A stretch of DNA of 64,000 nucleotides from an uncultured Spirochaetaceae bacterium (GCA_944389105.1 CALXLD010000001.1:1209-65208); one strand, 5' to 3'; counted from the first letter of the stretch, positions 47,693 through 56,454 are shown. Made by a program: numbers and translations. Notes: generated by a model from the sequence alone, not told the origin.

Positions 47693-48700
47693 GTGTATTC
47701 TAAAGAATTTACCTATGAGAGCATCGCCAATGTCTCTGGTCTTTCTATTGCCACGATATCCAGAGTATTCAACAAATCCCCGCTTGTGAGGGAGGAGACC
47801 AGGAGAAAAGTGATAAAAGCGATGGCTGAGATAGGTATGAATCCTTCGGATTATGATCTTCAGCCTCTTCCTGCTGACAACCTGATTCTTTTCAATGTTC
47901 CAACGCTTAAGAATCCTTTTTACAGTCCTATAATCTCTGCTTCCATCGCAGCTGCCAGAAGGCATGGCTATACAGTTGTTGTGAATGAGTTCGATATAGA
48001 CAAGACCGGAATCGAGGCTTTTCTCCGTATCCTCAAGAAAACGAGGGCAGCAGGTGTCATCATAGTAAACTCCGTAGATACGAAATTCCTTGAGGCGATT
48101 TCCTCGTCAATCCCTGCTGTTATCTGCTGTGATGATGAAACTCCGTCATCAATTCCATTTGTTACGATAGATAACAGGAGGGCTGCGGAGGAGGCCGTGA
48201 GATATCTTCTTTCTCTTGGAAGGAAGCGCATTGGCTTTGTCAATGGTCCGGAGACATTCAAATATGCGCGAAGCAGGGCTGAGGGGTATCAGGAAGCGCT
48301 CAGGAAAGCAGGAATTCCCACAGATAGGAATCTTGTCACGTCAGTCGGAGCTGATATGGATTTCGACACAGCGAAGGCTGCCTGCATGCACATGCTTACC
48401 CTCCCTGACAGGCCGGATGCTTTTTTCTGCATCTCCGATGTGCTGGCAGCTGCGGCAATCAAAGCAGCTTTTGCATACGATCTGCGAGTGCCTGAGGATG
48501 TGGCAGTCATTGGATTCGATGACATTCTTGTTTCCAAGATGATGAATCCTACAATCACTACAGTACGCCAGCCTACGCTGCAGATCGGGACGCTTGCAGC
48601 GGAGATGCTTGTAAAGATAATCGAGGGAGATGAATCCTCCCAGCACTCTGTCTGCCTTGATACTGAGCTTGTTATCAGAGAGTCCACACGGATCGTATGA
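47693..48700 (+). CDS. LacI family transcriptional regulator
   Basis: The HTH is SIANVSGLSIATISRVFNKSPLVREETRRKV, and a PBP-like effector domain follows. The GTG start is preceded by AGGAGGGG. Confidence 0.9.
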   Translation: MYSKEFTYESIANVSGLSIATISRVFNKSPLVREETRRKVIKAMAEIGMNPSDYDLQPLPADNLILFNVPTLKNPFYSPIISASIAAARRHGYTVVVNEFDIDKTGIEAFLRILKKTRAAGVIIVNSVDTKFLEAISSSIPAVICCDDETPSSIPFVTIDNRRAAEEAVRYLLSLGRKRIGFVNGPETFKYARSRAEGYQEALRKAGIPTDRNLVTSVGADMDFDTAKAACMHMLTLPDRPDAFFCISDVLAAAAIKAAFAYDLRVPEDVAVIGFDDILVSKMMNPTITTVRQPTLQIGTLAAEMLVKIIEGDESSQHSVCLDTELVIRESTRIV

Positions 48701-48754
48701 GACTCTCAGATGCAATGATTCTTACTCTATGATACTATAATTACGCAGGTTTTC

Positions 48755-50209
48755 ATGGATTATCGTTCAGTATTCAGATTCATTTCATTCATCATGCTTT
48801 TCATTGCGTTTGTGATGACTGTTCCAATGGCTATTGCTTTCTGTTCAGGGGAAGATGTCTCGGCTTATGCTTTTCTTAAGACGATAATCCTTATGCTTGT
48901 GGTTTCTGCGGCAATACTTTGCATCACATGGAGACGGAAGGAGATGAATATCGGGCCGAAGGAAGCTATGCTTGTCGTTTCCTGCACATGGGTGGCAATG
49001 ACAGCTTTCGGCGCTCTCCCTCTGTATCTTACCGGTTCTGTCAATTCCTATTCAAAAGCTTTTTTTGAGATAATGTCAGGATTCACCACAGCAGGTTCCA
49101 CGATCCTTCCTGATATCGAGATACTGGACAGATCCATAATTTTCTGGAGAAGCCTTACGAACTGGCTTGGAGGAATGGGCGTTGTAATTCTCTTTGTAGC
49201 AGTTCTCCCTATATTCGGAGTAAAGGGAAATGCCCTTGTCGGTGCGGAGGCAGTCGGTCCTTCAAAGTCTAAATTCACACCTACGATCAGGGGAACTGCA
49301 ATGGCTCTCTGGATGATCTATCTCGGGCTCTCTATTGCAGAGACTCTTCTTCTGCTTCTCTGCGGACTCGATGCCTTTGATGCTGTCACTGTCATGTTCG
49401 GTACGATAGGAGCTGCGGGTTTCGCTCCTCTGAATGATTCCATAGCAGGATATGGCAGTCCTTCGGTGGAGTGGGTGTGCATAGTCTTCATGCTTCTTGC
49501 CGGTGTCAATTTCTCGCTCTTTTTCTATGTGATCAGAGGCCAGATAAGAAAGGTTTTCCGCAATGGTGAGCTGCGGATATACCTTGGTATAATCGCACTT
49601 TCCATTCTTCTTATCTCCATACAGCTTCTGTATAGAGGTATCTATGCATCGATTCCGGAAACACTGAGGGAAGCATCATTCCATGTCATCTCCATGATGA
49701 CAACCACAGGATATGTCGCAGATGATTTCAATGCCTGGCCGATGTTCTCTCAGATGCTGCTGATATCAGTCTGCTTTATCGGGGCATGTTCAGGTTCTGC
49801 GGGAGGCGGGATGAAAGTTATGAGGTTCAGCGTGATGCTGCGTCTTGCATATAACTCAATGCTTAAGCGTATCCATCCGAATGCCGTAAGCCCTGTAACC
49901 ATAGGTTCCGATCAGATAGACAGCAAGACAGCGCTTTCTATAGCGGGATATGCTGGATGCTATTTTGCGACATTGTTTATCGGTGCGATAATAATAGGGC
50001 TGACGGATCAGGATTTCATAACCTGCCTTATGTCGGTTTTCCTCTGCCTTGGCAACCTTGGAACAGGTGTCGGCGGAATGGGGGCGACATTCTCCTTTGA
50101 TATCTTCCCGGAGTGGTCGCTCTGGGTATTTTCGTTCCTGATGCTTGCCGGAAGGCTTGAGTTCTATACTGTCTATACACTCTTTACAAGAGCCTACTGG
50201 ACTCGCTGA
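48755..50209 (+). CDS. trkH: TrkH-family potassium uptake protein
   Basis: Polytopic protein with repeated selectivity-filter-like segments (MSGFTTAGST, MMTTTGY, LGNLGTGVGG). It is followed by trkA. Confidence 0.9.
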   Translation: MDYRSVFRFISFIMLFIAFVMTVPMAIAFCSGEDVSAYAFLKTIILMLVVSAAILCITWRRKEMNIGPKEAMLVVSCTWVAMTAFGALPLYLTGSVNSYSKAFFEIMSGFTTAGSTILPDIEILDRSIIFWRSLTNWLGGMGVVILFVAVLPIFGVKGNALVGAEAVGPSKSKFTPTIRGTAMALWMIYLGLSIAETLLLLLCGLDAFDAVTVMFGTIGAAGFAPLNDSIAGYGSPSVEWVCIVFMLLAGVNFSLFFYVIRGQIRKVFRNGELRIYLGIIALSILLISIQLLYRGIYASIPETLREASFHVISMMTTTGYVADDFNAWPMFSQMLLISVCFIGACSGSAGGGMKVMRFSVMLRLAYNSMLKRIHPNAVSPVTIGSDQIDSKTALSIAGYAGCYFATLFIGAIIIGLTDQDFITCLMSVFLCLGNLGTGVGGMGATFSFDIFPEWSLWVFSFLMLAGRLEFYTVYTLFTRAYWTR

Positions 50210-50220
50210 TTGGAGGTTTT

Positions 50221-51591
50221 ATGAGAGTTGTAATCCTTGGAGCTGGACGACGGGGTCTTCGTCTTGCGCGACACCTGATAGAGGAGAGGAAGTCAGTTGT
50301 CTTTCTTGATAGCAGCAGCGATAGATGCAACGCAGCTACTGCTAAGCTGGATTGCCTTGCGCTCTGCGGCTCTGCAACTGATATCGATATGCTTAAAGAA
50401 GCTGGCGCAGAAGATGCAGAAGCTGTAATTGCCGTCACCGACAGCGATGAGACGAATCTTGTAGCATGCGGTATAGTTTCTTCCTCTTTCAGACATGTGG
50501 GCATGACAATTGCAGCTATAAGGAGCATAAACTACCTTGGTACAGGGCTTGATGGCGATGTCCTTGGTATTACCCATATAGTCAATCCGGAGCAGGAGGC
50601 AGCAGAACGTATCGTAGGTATCATAGATACCGGTCTTTTCCGTGATTTCGAGTATTTCCCATATGCAGGTTTTGTCATGTTCTCAAGGAAAATTGAGAGC
50701 GGCAATCTTTTTGAAGGACGTACTCTTGCCCAGATAAGAAGGGAGATCCCGGGGCGCTTCGTTGTAATCGGGATTAGACGCAGGGGCAATGTCTTCACTC
50801 CATCAGGTGATACACTGATCCACGAAGGTGATGAGATAGGTCTTATCGTGGATGATGATGAATCCAGCGATATCTATGGACGCCTTTCGGATGTCCATCA
50901 GTCCCATATGAAGAGGATAATACTTGTAGGAGGAACAAGGATTGCCAAGTTTGCTTTGCTTTCCATGTCGGATGACCTGAGGCGGCGGGTAATGCTTGTT
51001 GAGAAGGACAGTGCAGTATGCGAGAAATTCGCGAGGGAATTTCCAGAAGTCATTGTTCTCAATGGGGCAATATCAGATGAGGCATTCTGGGAGGAGGAGA
51101 GGCTGTATCAATCGGATTTCCTTGCCGCAGTGACCGACAATGACGAGCTGAACATCATCGCTGCAAGCTATGCAAAGAGGCTAGGTACAAAGAGGTCTGT
51201 TGCGCTTATCAAGACAAACAACAGCTATATCCCGCTGGCAGAGGCTATGGATATAGATGGTGTCATTTCCACGACCAATACTACAGTTGATGCCATAGTG
51301 CGCTTTCTTCGAAGCGATAGGATACAGAGCCTTCATACGCTGTTTGACGGACAGCTTGAGGTCTATGAGTATCAGGTACAGCCAGGTTTCAGGTACATAG
51401 GAAAAAAACTCAGGGATGTTCCTTTCGGAGGGAAAATCACGATAGCAGGCGTGAGAAAGAAGGACGGCGATGATAACTATATCCCAGATGGAAACTATCT
51501 TCTTGAGGAAGGGGATACAATCCTTCTTGCCGCCGCCCATTCAAACTATGCTTATGTCGAGAAGCTCATGACTGCCAGAAAAGAATCATAA
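50221..51591 (+). CDS. trkA: Trk system potassium uptake protein TrkA (tandem RCK/NAD-binding)
   Basis: MRVVILGAGRRGLRLA, a second Rossmann motif (ILVGGTRIAKF), and two TrkA_C-like segments. Confidence 0.9.
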   Translation: MRVVILGAGRRGLRLARHLIEERKSVVFLDSSSDRCNAATAKLDCLALCGSATDIDMLKEAGAEDAEAVIAVTDSDETNLVACGIVSSSFRHVGMTIAAIRSINYLGTGLDGDVLGITHIVNPEQEAAERIVGIIDTGLFRDFEYFPYAGFVMFSRKIESGNLFEGRTLAQIRREIPGRFVVIGIRRRGNVFTPSGDTLIHEGDEIGLIVDDDESSDIYGRLSDVHQSHMKRIILVGGTRIAKFALLSMSDDLRRRVMLVEKDSAVCEKFAREFPEVIVLNGAISDEAFWEEERLYQSDFLAAVTDNDELNIIAASYAKRLGTKRSVALIKTNNSYIPLAEAMDIDGVISTTNTTVDAIVRFLRSDRIQSLHTLFDGQLEVYEYQVQPGFRYIGKKLRDVPFGGKITIAGVRKKDGDDNYIPDGNYLLEEGDTILLAAAHSNYAYVEKLMTARKES

Positions 51592-53031
51592 GCTGTCTCC
51601 GAAATCTCTCCTGAATGCTGCTATGAGCTTTTCCGGCCATGGTGATACCGGTTCAAGCCGCCCGAAGAAGAATCTCAGCGATGAAGGTTCCTCCACGAAT
51701 CGGAGGCCGCCGATCAGATTCCTGTTCTCATAAAGCCATGTGATTCTGTCTATCGCGTATTTTACCTGGGAAAGCGTAAATACCCTTCGTGGCATTGCCA
51801 GTCTCAGAAGCTCAACGGCTGCAAGATGCTCCGAGCCATCCGGTTCTCTCTGTTCGGATATCGTGCCCCTTTCCATTCCTCTTATCCCTCCGGCTATATA
51901 GACAGCGGCTGCCAATGCACCTGCCGGATATTCCTCCTGCCTTACATGCGGGATGAAACGGCTTGCATCAAGATGGCAGCCAAGACCACCTGGAGGTGTT
52001 ACCACCGGTACGTTGTTCCTTATCAGTTCATCGGTCATGTACTTTATGAAGAGCGGTCCCTGGGAAATGACATCCATATCCATGGTTTCATCAAGGCCGA
52101 CCGTCATTGCTTCCATTTCCCTGACACTCATTCCGCCATATGTGAGGAAGCCTTCGAACATAGGGACAAGTTCCCTCATCCTTAGATAGAGTTCCTTGCT
52201 GTGGATTGATATTCCGCCACCGCGTGCAAAGCCCAGCTTCCGCCCAGAGAAATAGATGATATCCATTTTCTCCGATATCCTTCTCGTGATCTCCCTGAGC
52301 GATAGGTCCTTCGCATATTCCTCCCTTGTCTTTATGAAATAGAGATTATCCTGCAGAAGGCTTGCATCCAGCACCGTCAGTACGCCGTATCGGTGGGCGA
52401 TATCCGCACTCTTCTCGATATTCTCCAGCGATAAAGGCTGTCCTCCAATGAGGTTCGTCCCGGCTTCTATCCTTATGAACGGGATTATATCGTGTTTTTC
52501 TGCAAGGAGCCTTTCAAGCTTATCCAGATCGAAATTGCCTTTAAATGGATAATTGCTTTCAATCTTTACCCCTTCATCTACCAATAGCTCTTCAACGATT
52601 CCTCCAAGCCTTGTGATATGTGCTTTTGTTGTCGTGAAGTGATAGTTCATCGGGATTATCGAACCTGGTCTGACGAATGTCATCGCAATTATGTTTTCAG
52701 CAGCTCTTCCCTGATGAGATGGCAGAAAGTATTCAGTTCCGAATATTTCCTTAAGCTTTTCTGTGAGCCTGGTGAATGTTGCGCTGCCTGCATAACTGTC
52801 ATCTGCAATCATCATTGAGGCAAGCTGTCTGTCGCTCATTGCATTTACGCCGCTGTCGGTGAGCATATCGAGGAATATGTCTTTGTTGAACAGCAGGAAA
52901 GTGTTGAATCCTGCTTCGGATATTGCTTCTGCTCTCCTTTCTACAGGTTGCAGATCGAGTTTCTGGACAATACGGACCTTATGCAGCTCCAGTGGAAGCT
53001 GCTCCCCGTTGTGGAAATGAATTTCTGCCAT
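51586..53031 (-). CDS. beta-eliminating lyase (tryptophanase / tyrosine phenol-lyase family, PLP-dependent)
   Basis: VRIVQKL...RAEAISEAGFNTFLLFNKDIFLDMLTDSGVNAMSDRQLASMM aligns with the TnaA/TPL N-terminus. FSGRKLG lies at the PLP-lysine position. I cannot distinguish Trp from Tyr specificity by eye. Confidence 0.85.
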   Translation of the reverse strand: MAEIHFHNGEQLPLELHKVRIVQKLDLQPVERRAEAISEAGFNTFLLFNKDIFLDMLTDSGVNAMSDRQLASMMIADDSYAGSATFTRLTEKLKEIFGTEYFLPSHQGRAAENIIAMTFVRPGSIIPMNYHFTTTKAHITRLGGIVEELLVDEGVKIESNYPFKGNFDLDKLERLLAEKHDIIPFIRIEAGTNLIGGQPLSLENIEKSADIAHRYGVLTVLDASLLQDNLYFIKTREEYAKDLSLREITRRISEKMDIIYFSGRKLGFARGGGISIHSKELYLRMRELVPMFEGFLTYGGMSVREMEAMTVGLDETMDMDVISQGPLFIKYMTDELIRNNVPVVTPPGGLGCHLDASRFIPHVRQEEYPAGALAAAVYIAGGIRGMERGTISEQREPDGSEHLAAVELLRLAMPRRVFTLSQVKYAIDRITWLYENRNLIGGLRFVEEPSSLRFFFGRLEPVSPWPEKLIAAFRRDFGDSL

Positions 53032-53040
53032 TTGTTACTC

Positions 53041-53069
53041 CTTTTTGTAAATTATTTACGCAAGGAGAG
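53041..53069 (-). promoter_or_regulatory. putative sigma70 promoter of the lyase gene (TTGACG-17 nt-AATAAT)
   Basis: On the minus strand, TTGACG lies at 53069-53064 and AATAAT at 53046-53041. SD AAAGGAG follows, and the ATG is at 53031. Confidence 0.45.
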
Positions 53070-53123
53070 CTGGCGTCAAATACAATATGCATGAAAAAGA
53101 ATAATAATTCAGAAAATATGCAA

Positions 53124-53687
53124 TCAGTTTGTTTTGTATGCAATCTGAGGATCTAGTCCGACAGACCTGAATGCCATATCGATAATGAGGTAGGTTATCC
53201 TATCCACGCTCATCTGGAATCCCTTTTCTATCCATTCCCTTATTATCCCGACAACCCCGTTTATTACAAAGATGAATGACATTTCCTTGTCATCGATGTT
53301 CCTGAAATTCGCGAGCTCATCATACTTATCCATTACCGCAGCTATAATCTGCTCGCCGAATGATCTGTCTGCTGAGGAAGTAAGGAGTATGTAGAAGGTG
53401 TTCCTGTTTTTCCTGATATATTCCATAAGCTGCTTCATTGAAAGAAAGAACGGCTTCTGATCAGTTGGCTTATAATCAGGGAGTTGTGAGATTATATCCT
53501 GCTCGATTTCTTCGATGAGATCCCTCGGGCATGTATAATAGGCATAGAAAGTGCTTCTGTTCACTGCCGCTTTCTGGCAGATTGCCTTGATTGTTATGTT
53601 CTCAAAGGATGTCGTAGTCAGAAGTTCTATGAGTGCTTCTTTCAGATATCCTTTTGTTCTTATTACCCTGGGATTATCGTTTTTCAC
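53124..53687 (-). CDS. TetR/AcrR family transcriptional regulator
   Basis: The N-terminal HTH is TIKAICQKAAVNRSTFYAYY, in a 187-aa protein. Confidence 0.85.
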   Translation of the reverse strand: MKNDNPRVIRTKGYLKEALIELLTTTSFENITIKAICQKAAVNRSTFYAYYTCPRDLIEEIEQDIISQLPDYKPTDQKPFFLSMKQLMEYIRKNRNTFYILLTSSADRSFGEQIIAAVMDKYDELANFRNIDDKEMSFIFVINGVVGIIREWIEKGFQMSVDRITYLIIDMAFRSVGLDPQIAYKTN

Positions 53688-53784
53688 AGAAAAAATGCTA
53701 GCCTATGACTTAAAAACCGTCAATTAATGCTTCCTGCGATATGTATGTGTTTTGCGTGTATATTTAAAAGAGTTTGTCAAGGAC

Positions 53785-53812
53785 TTCCAAAAGCGCAGTT
53801 TCATGATAAAAT
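53785..53812 (+). promoter_or_regulatory. putative promoter (TTCCAA-16 nt-TGaTAAAAT extended -10) driving the riboswitch-led operon
   Basis: TTCCAA at 53785-53790, TG at 53804-53805, and TAAAAT at 53807-53812. The predicted TSS near 53819 coincides with the 5' end of the P1 helix. Confidence 0.5.
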
Positions 53813-53817
53813 ACAAG

Positions 53818-53883
53818 TGATGTATAAGCCCCTGATAAGGAGGGGTGTCTCTACCGGCTGCCGTAAAGAGCCTAGCTACATCA
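53818..53883 (+). promoter_or_regulatory. purine (guanine-type) riboswitch-like aptamer
   Basis: P1 is TGATGTA (53818-24) paired with TACATCA (53877-83), and J1/2 is TAA. P2 is GCCCCT/AGGGGT with L2 GATAAGG (consensus GAUAUGG). J2/3 is GTCTCTAC (consensus GUUUCUAC), and L3 is CCGTAAA (an exact match to the consensus). A C at 53876 precedes P1', which is the guanine-type C74 position. SD GGAGGG at 53884-89 abuts P1'. Confidence 0.65.
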
Positions 53884-53897
53884 GGAGGGTTCTGTGT

Positions 53898-55151
53898 ATG
53901 GCGGCATTTGCGATTCATGGTGATATCATATGGACTGAGGAACCTGGAGCTTTCAGATACAATGAAGGCGGGTATCTCGTCATTTCCGATGGAAAGGTTG
54001 TCAGCGTATCTGATGTGAGACCTGACTGTGAGATAGTGGAAACCGATTCATCCCTTGTCATCCCAGGTCTGACGGATCTGCATCTTCATGCTCCCCAGTA
54101 TGCATTTGCTGGTCTGTATATGGATGAGGAGCTGCTGGACTGGCTCAATCATCATACATTCCCCGAGGAGGGAAAGTATTCCGATCCTGTCTATGCCGGC
54201 AAAGCATATTCAGCATTTGCTGATGATCTGCAGCGTACAGCGACTACAAGGGTGGCTGTCTTCGGGACAATACATACGGATTCAACTCTGCTTTTAATGG
54301 ATAAGCTGGAAAAAGCAGGAGTTGCCGGTTATGTGGGAAAGGTGAATATGGACCGGAATTCGCCGGATTATCTTACAGAGAATACTGATGCCTCAGTTGC
54401 TGAGACAGAGAGATTTATTTCCATGTCCAGCAGGTTCAGCAGCATAAAGCCGATAATAACACCGCGTTTCATACCATCCTGTACAGATAATCTCATGCAG
54501 TCTCTTGGGAGGATTGCTTATCAGCAGGATCTTCCGGTGCAGTCCCATCTTGATGAGAATCTTTCTGAAGTAGAGTGGGTTAAGGAGCTGTGCCCATGGG
54601 CATCGAATTATGCAGATGCATATAATCATTATTCCATGCTTGGACCCAAAAGCATAATGGCCCACTGTGTCTGGCTGAATGATGATGAAATAAAGCTTCT
54701 CCGTGAGAGCGGAACATATATAGCGCATTCCCCCTCGTCGAACACGAATCTCTCATCGGGAATCGCTCCGATAAGGAAATACCTTGAAGCTGGACTGAAA
54801 ATCGGGTTAGCCACTGATGTTGCCGGCGGTTCCTCTCTTTCGATGTTCAGGATGATTCAGGATGCAATAGCTGTAAGCAAGCTGAGATGGCGCTTCGATG
54901 CTTCAGGCGGCAAGGCGCTGAAATTCTCCGAAGCATTCTACCTCGCTTCTAAAGGAGGAGGCTCATTCTTCGGTACCACCGGTTCATTTGAAAAAGGGTA
55001 TGATGCGGATGTTGTCGTCATCGATGATTCAAGGCAGTCAACGATACTCCTTAAGTCCCTTTCCGTTCCGGAACGTCTTGAATTCTACACATACAGGCAT
55101 CCTGATGAGTTCATAAAAGCAAAATACGTCAAGGGAAGACGTGTTCTTTAA
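53898..55151 (+). CDS. guanine deaminase-like amidohydrolase
   Basis: Metal motifs are PGLTDLHLHAPQ (HxH), QSHLDEN, MAHCVWL, and GLATDVAGG with its Asp. This is the amidohydrolase TIM-barrel fold. SD AGGAGGG precedes ATG 53898. The ORF-track start at 53727 would translate through the promoter and riboswitch. Confidence 0.8.
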   Translation: MAAFAIHGDIIWTEEPGAFRYNEGGYLVISDGKVVSVSDVRPDCEIVETDSSLVIPGLTDLHLHAPQYAFAGLYMDEELLDWLNHHTFPEEGKYSDPVYAGKAYSAFADDLQRTATTRVAVFGTIHTDSTLLLMDKLEKAGVAGYVGKVNMDRNSPDYLTENTDASVAETERFISMSSRFSSIKPIITPRFIPSCTDNLMQSLGRIAYQQDLPVQSHLDENLSEVEWVKELCPWASNYADAYNHYSMLGPKSIMAHCVWLNDDEIKLLRESGTYIAHSPSSNTNLSSGIAPIRKYLEAGLKIGLATDVAGGSSLSMFRMIQDAIAVSKLRWRFDASGGKALKFSEAFYLASKGGGSFFGTTGSFEKGYDADVVVIDDSRQSTILLKSLSVPERLEFYTYRHPDEFIKAKYVKGRRVL

Positions 55152-55153
55152 GA

Positions 55154-55429
55154 ATGGCTATAATCATGGTCATGGAAAATACACAGGAAAACCGCATTGC
55201 GGTAATTGGGATAATCGTTGAGGACAAGGCGATGGCGGAGAGCGTCAATACTCTTCTTCACCAGTACAGTGACTATGTGATCGGAAGGATGGGGCTTCCT
55301 TACCGTGAGCGCAACATGAGTATTATCAGCGTTGTTGTAGATGCTCCTTCTGATATCATATCTGCGCTTTCTGGAAAGCTTGGACGTCTTCCGGGCGTAT
55401 CCAGTCAGGCCCTTTATACAAAGGCGTGA
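55154..55429 (+). CDS. TM1266-family iron-only hydrogenase system regulator (ACT / NikR-C-like small protein)
   Basis: 91 aa. RIAVIGIIVED...LLHQYSDYVIGRMGLPYRERNMSIISVVVDAPSDIISALSGKLGRLPGVS matches my memory of this family. It lies 2 nt after the deaminase stop and overlaps the hydE start. Confidence 0.75.
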   Translation: MAIIMVMENTQENRIAVIGIIVEDKAMAESVNTLLHQYSDYVIGRMGLPYRERNMSIISVVVDAPSDIISALSGKLGRLPGVSSQALYTKA

Positions 55430-56454
55430 ACGAGCTTTTAGATAAGCTTATCGAGACGAGGCATCTCCTTCTTGATGAATGGGAGATGCTTATCTCCTCC
55501 GATACTGATGACGAGGAGCTTTTTTCTCTTGCAAGGGAAAAGAGGGATTCTGTGTATGGCAGGAAGGTTTTTCTCCGTGCCCTTATAGAGTTTACATCAA
55601 TATGCCGCAATGACTGCAGGTACTGCGGCCTTAGGCGTTCTAACAGGAATGCAGGCCGCTATAGGCTGACAGAGGAAGAGATTCTCTCCGCTGTCGATAA
55701 AGGCCATGATGCCGGATTCAGGTCATTTGTGCTTCAGGGCGGAGAGGACGGATTCTTTACCGCGGAAAGGATGGTCCGGATCATAAAGGATATAAAGCAG
55801 TCCTTTCCTGATTCCGCTCTGACAATAAGCATCGGTGAACTTGATGATGATAGCTACCTTGCAATGAAGAACTCTGGTGCTGATAGGTATCTGCTGCGTC
55901 ACGAGACTGCAGATCCTGTACATTACAGAATACTGCATCCTGAACCGATGTCACTGGAGAACAGGAAACGCTGTCTCCGTTCTCTGAAAAGGTTCGGTTA
56001 TCAGACAGGAGCAGGAATGATGGTTGGTTCCCCAGGTTCTTCTTTCCATACTCTTGCTGAGGATATGGTATTCATATCTGAGCTTGAACCTGAGATGGTG
56101 GGTATAGGACCTTTCATACCTCACCATGACACGCCGATGAAAGGGGAGAAGACAGGGAGCGTTGAGCTTACCCTTCGTATGCTGGCGCTTACGAGGCTGC
56201 AGAATCCTCATGTTCTTCTTCCTTCTACCACAGCACTCGGAACGGCTGACGGAAATGGCCAGATAAAAGGTCTGGAAGCTGGGGCTAATGTTATTATGCC
56301 GAATATTACCCCTTTATATGTAAGATCTAAATATCTTCTGTATGATAATAAGAAGATTTCAGGCTATGAAGCAGCTGAAAACCTTGAGAAAATTAAATCA
56401 GAACTTATTGAAGCTGGATATGAACCATCACTGACCCGTGGTGATTACATATAA
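55426..56454 (+). CDS. hydE: [FeFe]-hydrogenase H-cluster radical SAM maturase HydE
   Basis: The CRNDCRYCGLRRSN CX3CX2C motif sits in a HydE/BioB-like context (ALIEFTSIC..., GEDGF, GAGMMVG). The start is GTG, overlapping the upstream TGA. Confidence 0.85.
   Translation: MNELLDKLIETRHLLLDEWEMLISSDTDDEELFSLAREKRDSVYGRKVFLRALIEFTSICRNDCRYCGLRRSNRNAGRYRLTEEEILSAVDKGHDAGFRSFVLQGGEDGFFTAERMVRIIKDIKQSFPDSALTISIGELDDDSYLAMKNSGADRYLLRHETADPVHYRILHPEPMSLENRKRCLRSLKRFGYQTGAGMMVGSPGSSFHTLAEDMVFISELEPEMVGIGPFIPHHDTPMKGEKTGSVELTLRMLALTRLQNPHVLLPSTTALGTADGNGQIKGLEAGANVIMPNITPLYVRSKYLLYDNKKISGYEAAENLEKIKSELIEAGYEPSLTRGDYI

Noticed and set aside
53032-53123. tnaC-like leader peptide or attenuator in front of the tryptophanase-family gene
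   Set aside because: Only 92 nt separate it from the TetR gene. The predicted TSS leaves a leader of about 10-20 nt with just an SD. There is no small ORF and no terminator hairpin.
53727-53897. N-terminal 57-aa extension of the amidohydrolase ORF in the ORF track
   Set aside because: The extension would be translated through the putative promoter and the riboswitch-like element and has no SD. ATG 53898 has AGGAGGG 8 nt upstream and gives an N-terminus typical of the family.
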